Part shown: one piece after another, positions 63,571 to 64,000 of the stretch | Position numbering within the stretch: the stretch's first letter is position 1 | Layout of the letters: every line of letters starts with the position of its first letter | Program-made: the position numbers and the translations under genes | Notes under the pieces: generated by a model | The model's database searches: none | Told to the model about the DNA's origin: nothing | Seen by the model: the letters and a program-made list of their open reading frames with translations, nothing else | Assembly: GCA_030390025.1 (NCBI GenBank) | Contig: CM059432.1 | Span: 10,788,001 to 10,852,000 of the forward strand | Source: Squalus acanthias | Lineage: Eukaryota | Length of the DNA stretch: 64,000 nt | Direction: 5' to 3'

Positions 63571-64000
63571 GCCTTCATCTGTTCCACTGTCAGGGAGTAC
63601 CCGCCCGTCTTTGACACACACACGCACAAAAAATAAAACAGCTGCGGCAAAGTTTAAAGCATATTGCCTTCCACCAAATCACTAAGTATAGAGACCTTAT
63701 CCCAGGAGCCTACCTCAGTTCTTTTGAAAGGAGGCAGCAGCAAAGAAGCTTGCCAAATTCCTTCAGATCAGAAGGCACAGGTTTAGTAAGCTTGAATATG
63801 GTAGTTGACCCATAGCCACAGAATAAGTGAGACAACAACAACAGTTGCAATTCTCCCTCAGCCTCCATGTATTCTGCTTCATGTATTCAGGTTTCACGTG
63901 GAAAACGATGCTTGAAAAATAGAAAAGCAAACCAGCAGATACTAAACATAACTTCATTTCAAGGCCATCTTGGAGCATAGAAGTGCAGGAACAACTGCCA

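Noticed and set aside
61500..64000. PTPN2 exon 3
   Set aside because: No DYINAS or YILTQ coding sequence found; the donor-like GAG|gtagg near 63713 has no matching PTP frame.
1..64000. CRISPR arrays, operons or other prokaryotic systems
   Set aside because: The sequence is vertebrate with spliceosomal introns; no regularly spaced repeat-spacer array is seen.

Overview
Eukaryotic, repeat-rich vertebrate DNA, most likely a shark or other elasmobranch, inferred from HE1/V-SINE-like, SacSINE1/Deu-like and LF-SINE-like SINEs, CR1 LINEs with an esterase ORF1, and Penelope and Harbinger relics. Two convergent genes are present. The first is the last two coding exons and 3' UTR of FAM210A (+, 2172-~6600). 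The second is the 3' part of PTPN2/TC-PTP (-): exons 4-9 at 49657-28360 and a candidate TC45-type terminal exon at 13141-~12850; exons 1-3 were not found in the window. Nearly all other ORFs in the track are TE fragments, their antisense frames, or chance. I found no convincing new multi-gene system. The best leads are: an apparently conserved TC45/TC48 splice switch whose terminal exon is shifted by one base; stem-loops plus a miR-30 site in that UTR; PTP1B-like features in this PTPN2; a Penelope hammerhead-ribozyme motif; a CR1 with a doubled, AT->GC-skewed 3' end; exact nested CR1 insertions; a 213-bp duplication differing mainly at CpG sites; and a 1.16-kb solo LTR. Comparisons with human proteins and repeat consensus sequences are from memory, not from searches. 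Repeat boundaries are approximate unless a TSD is given.
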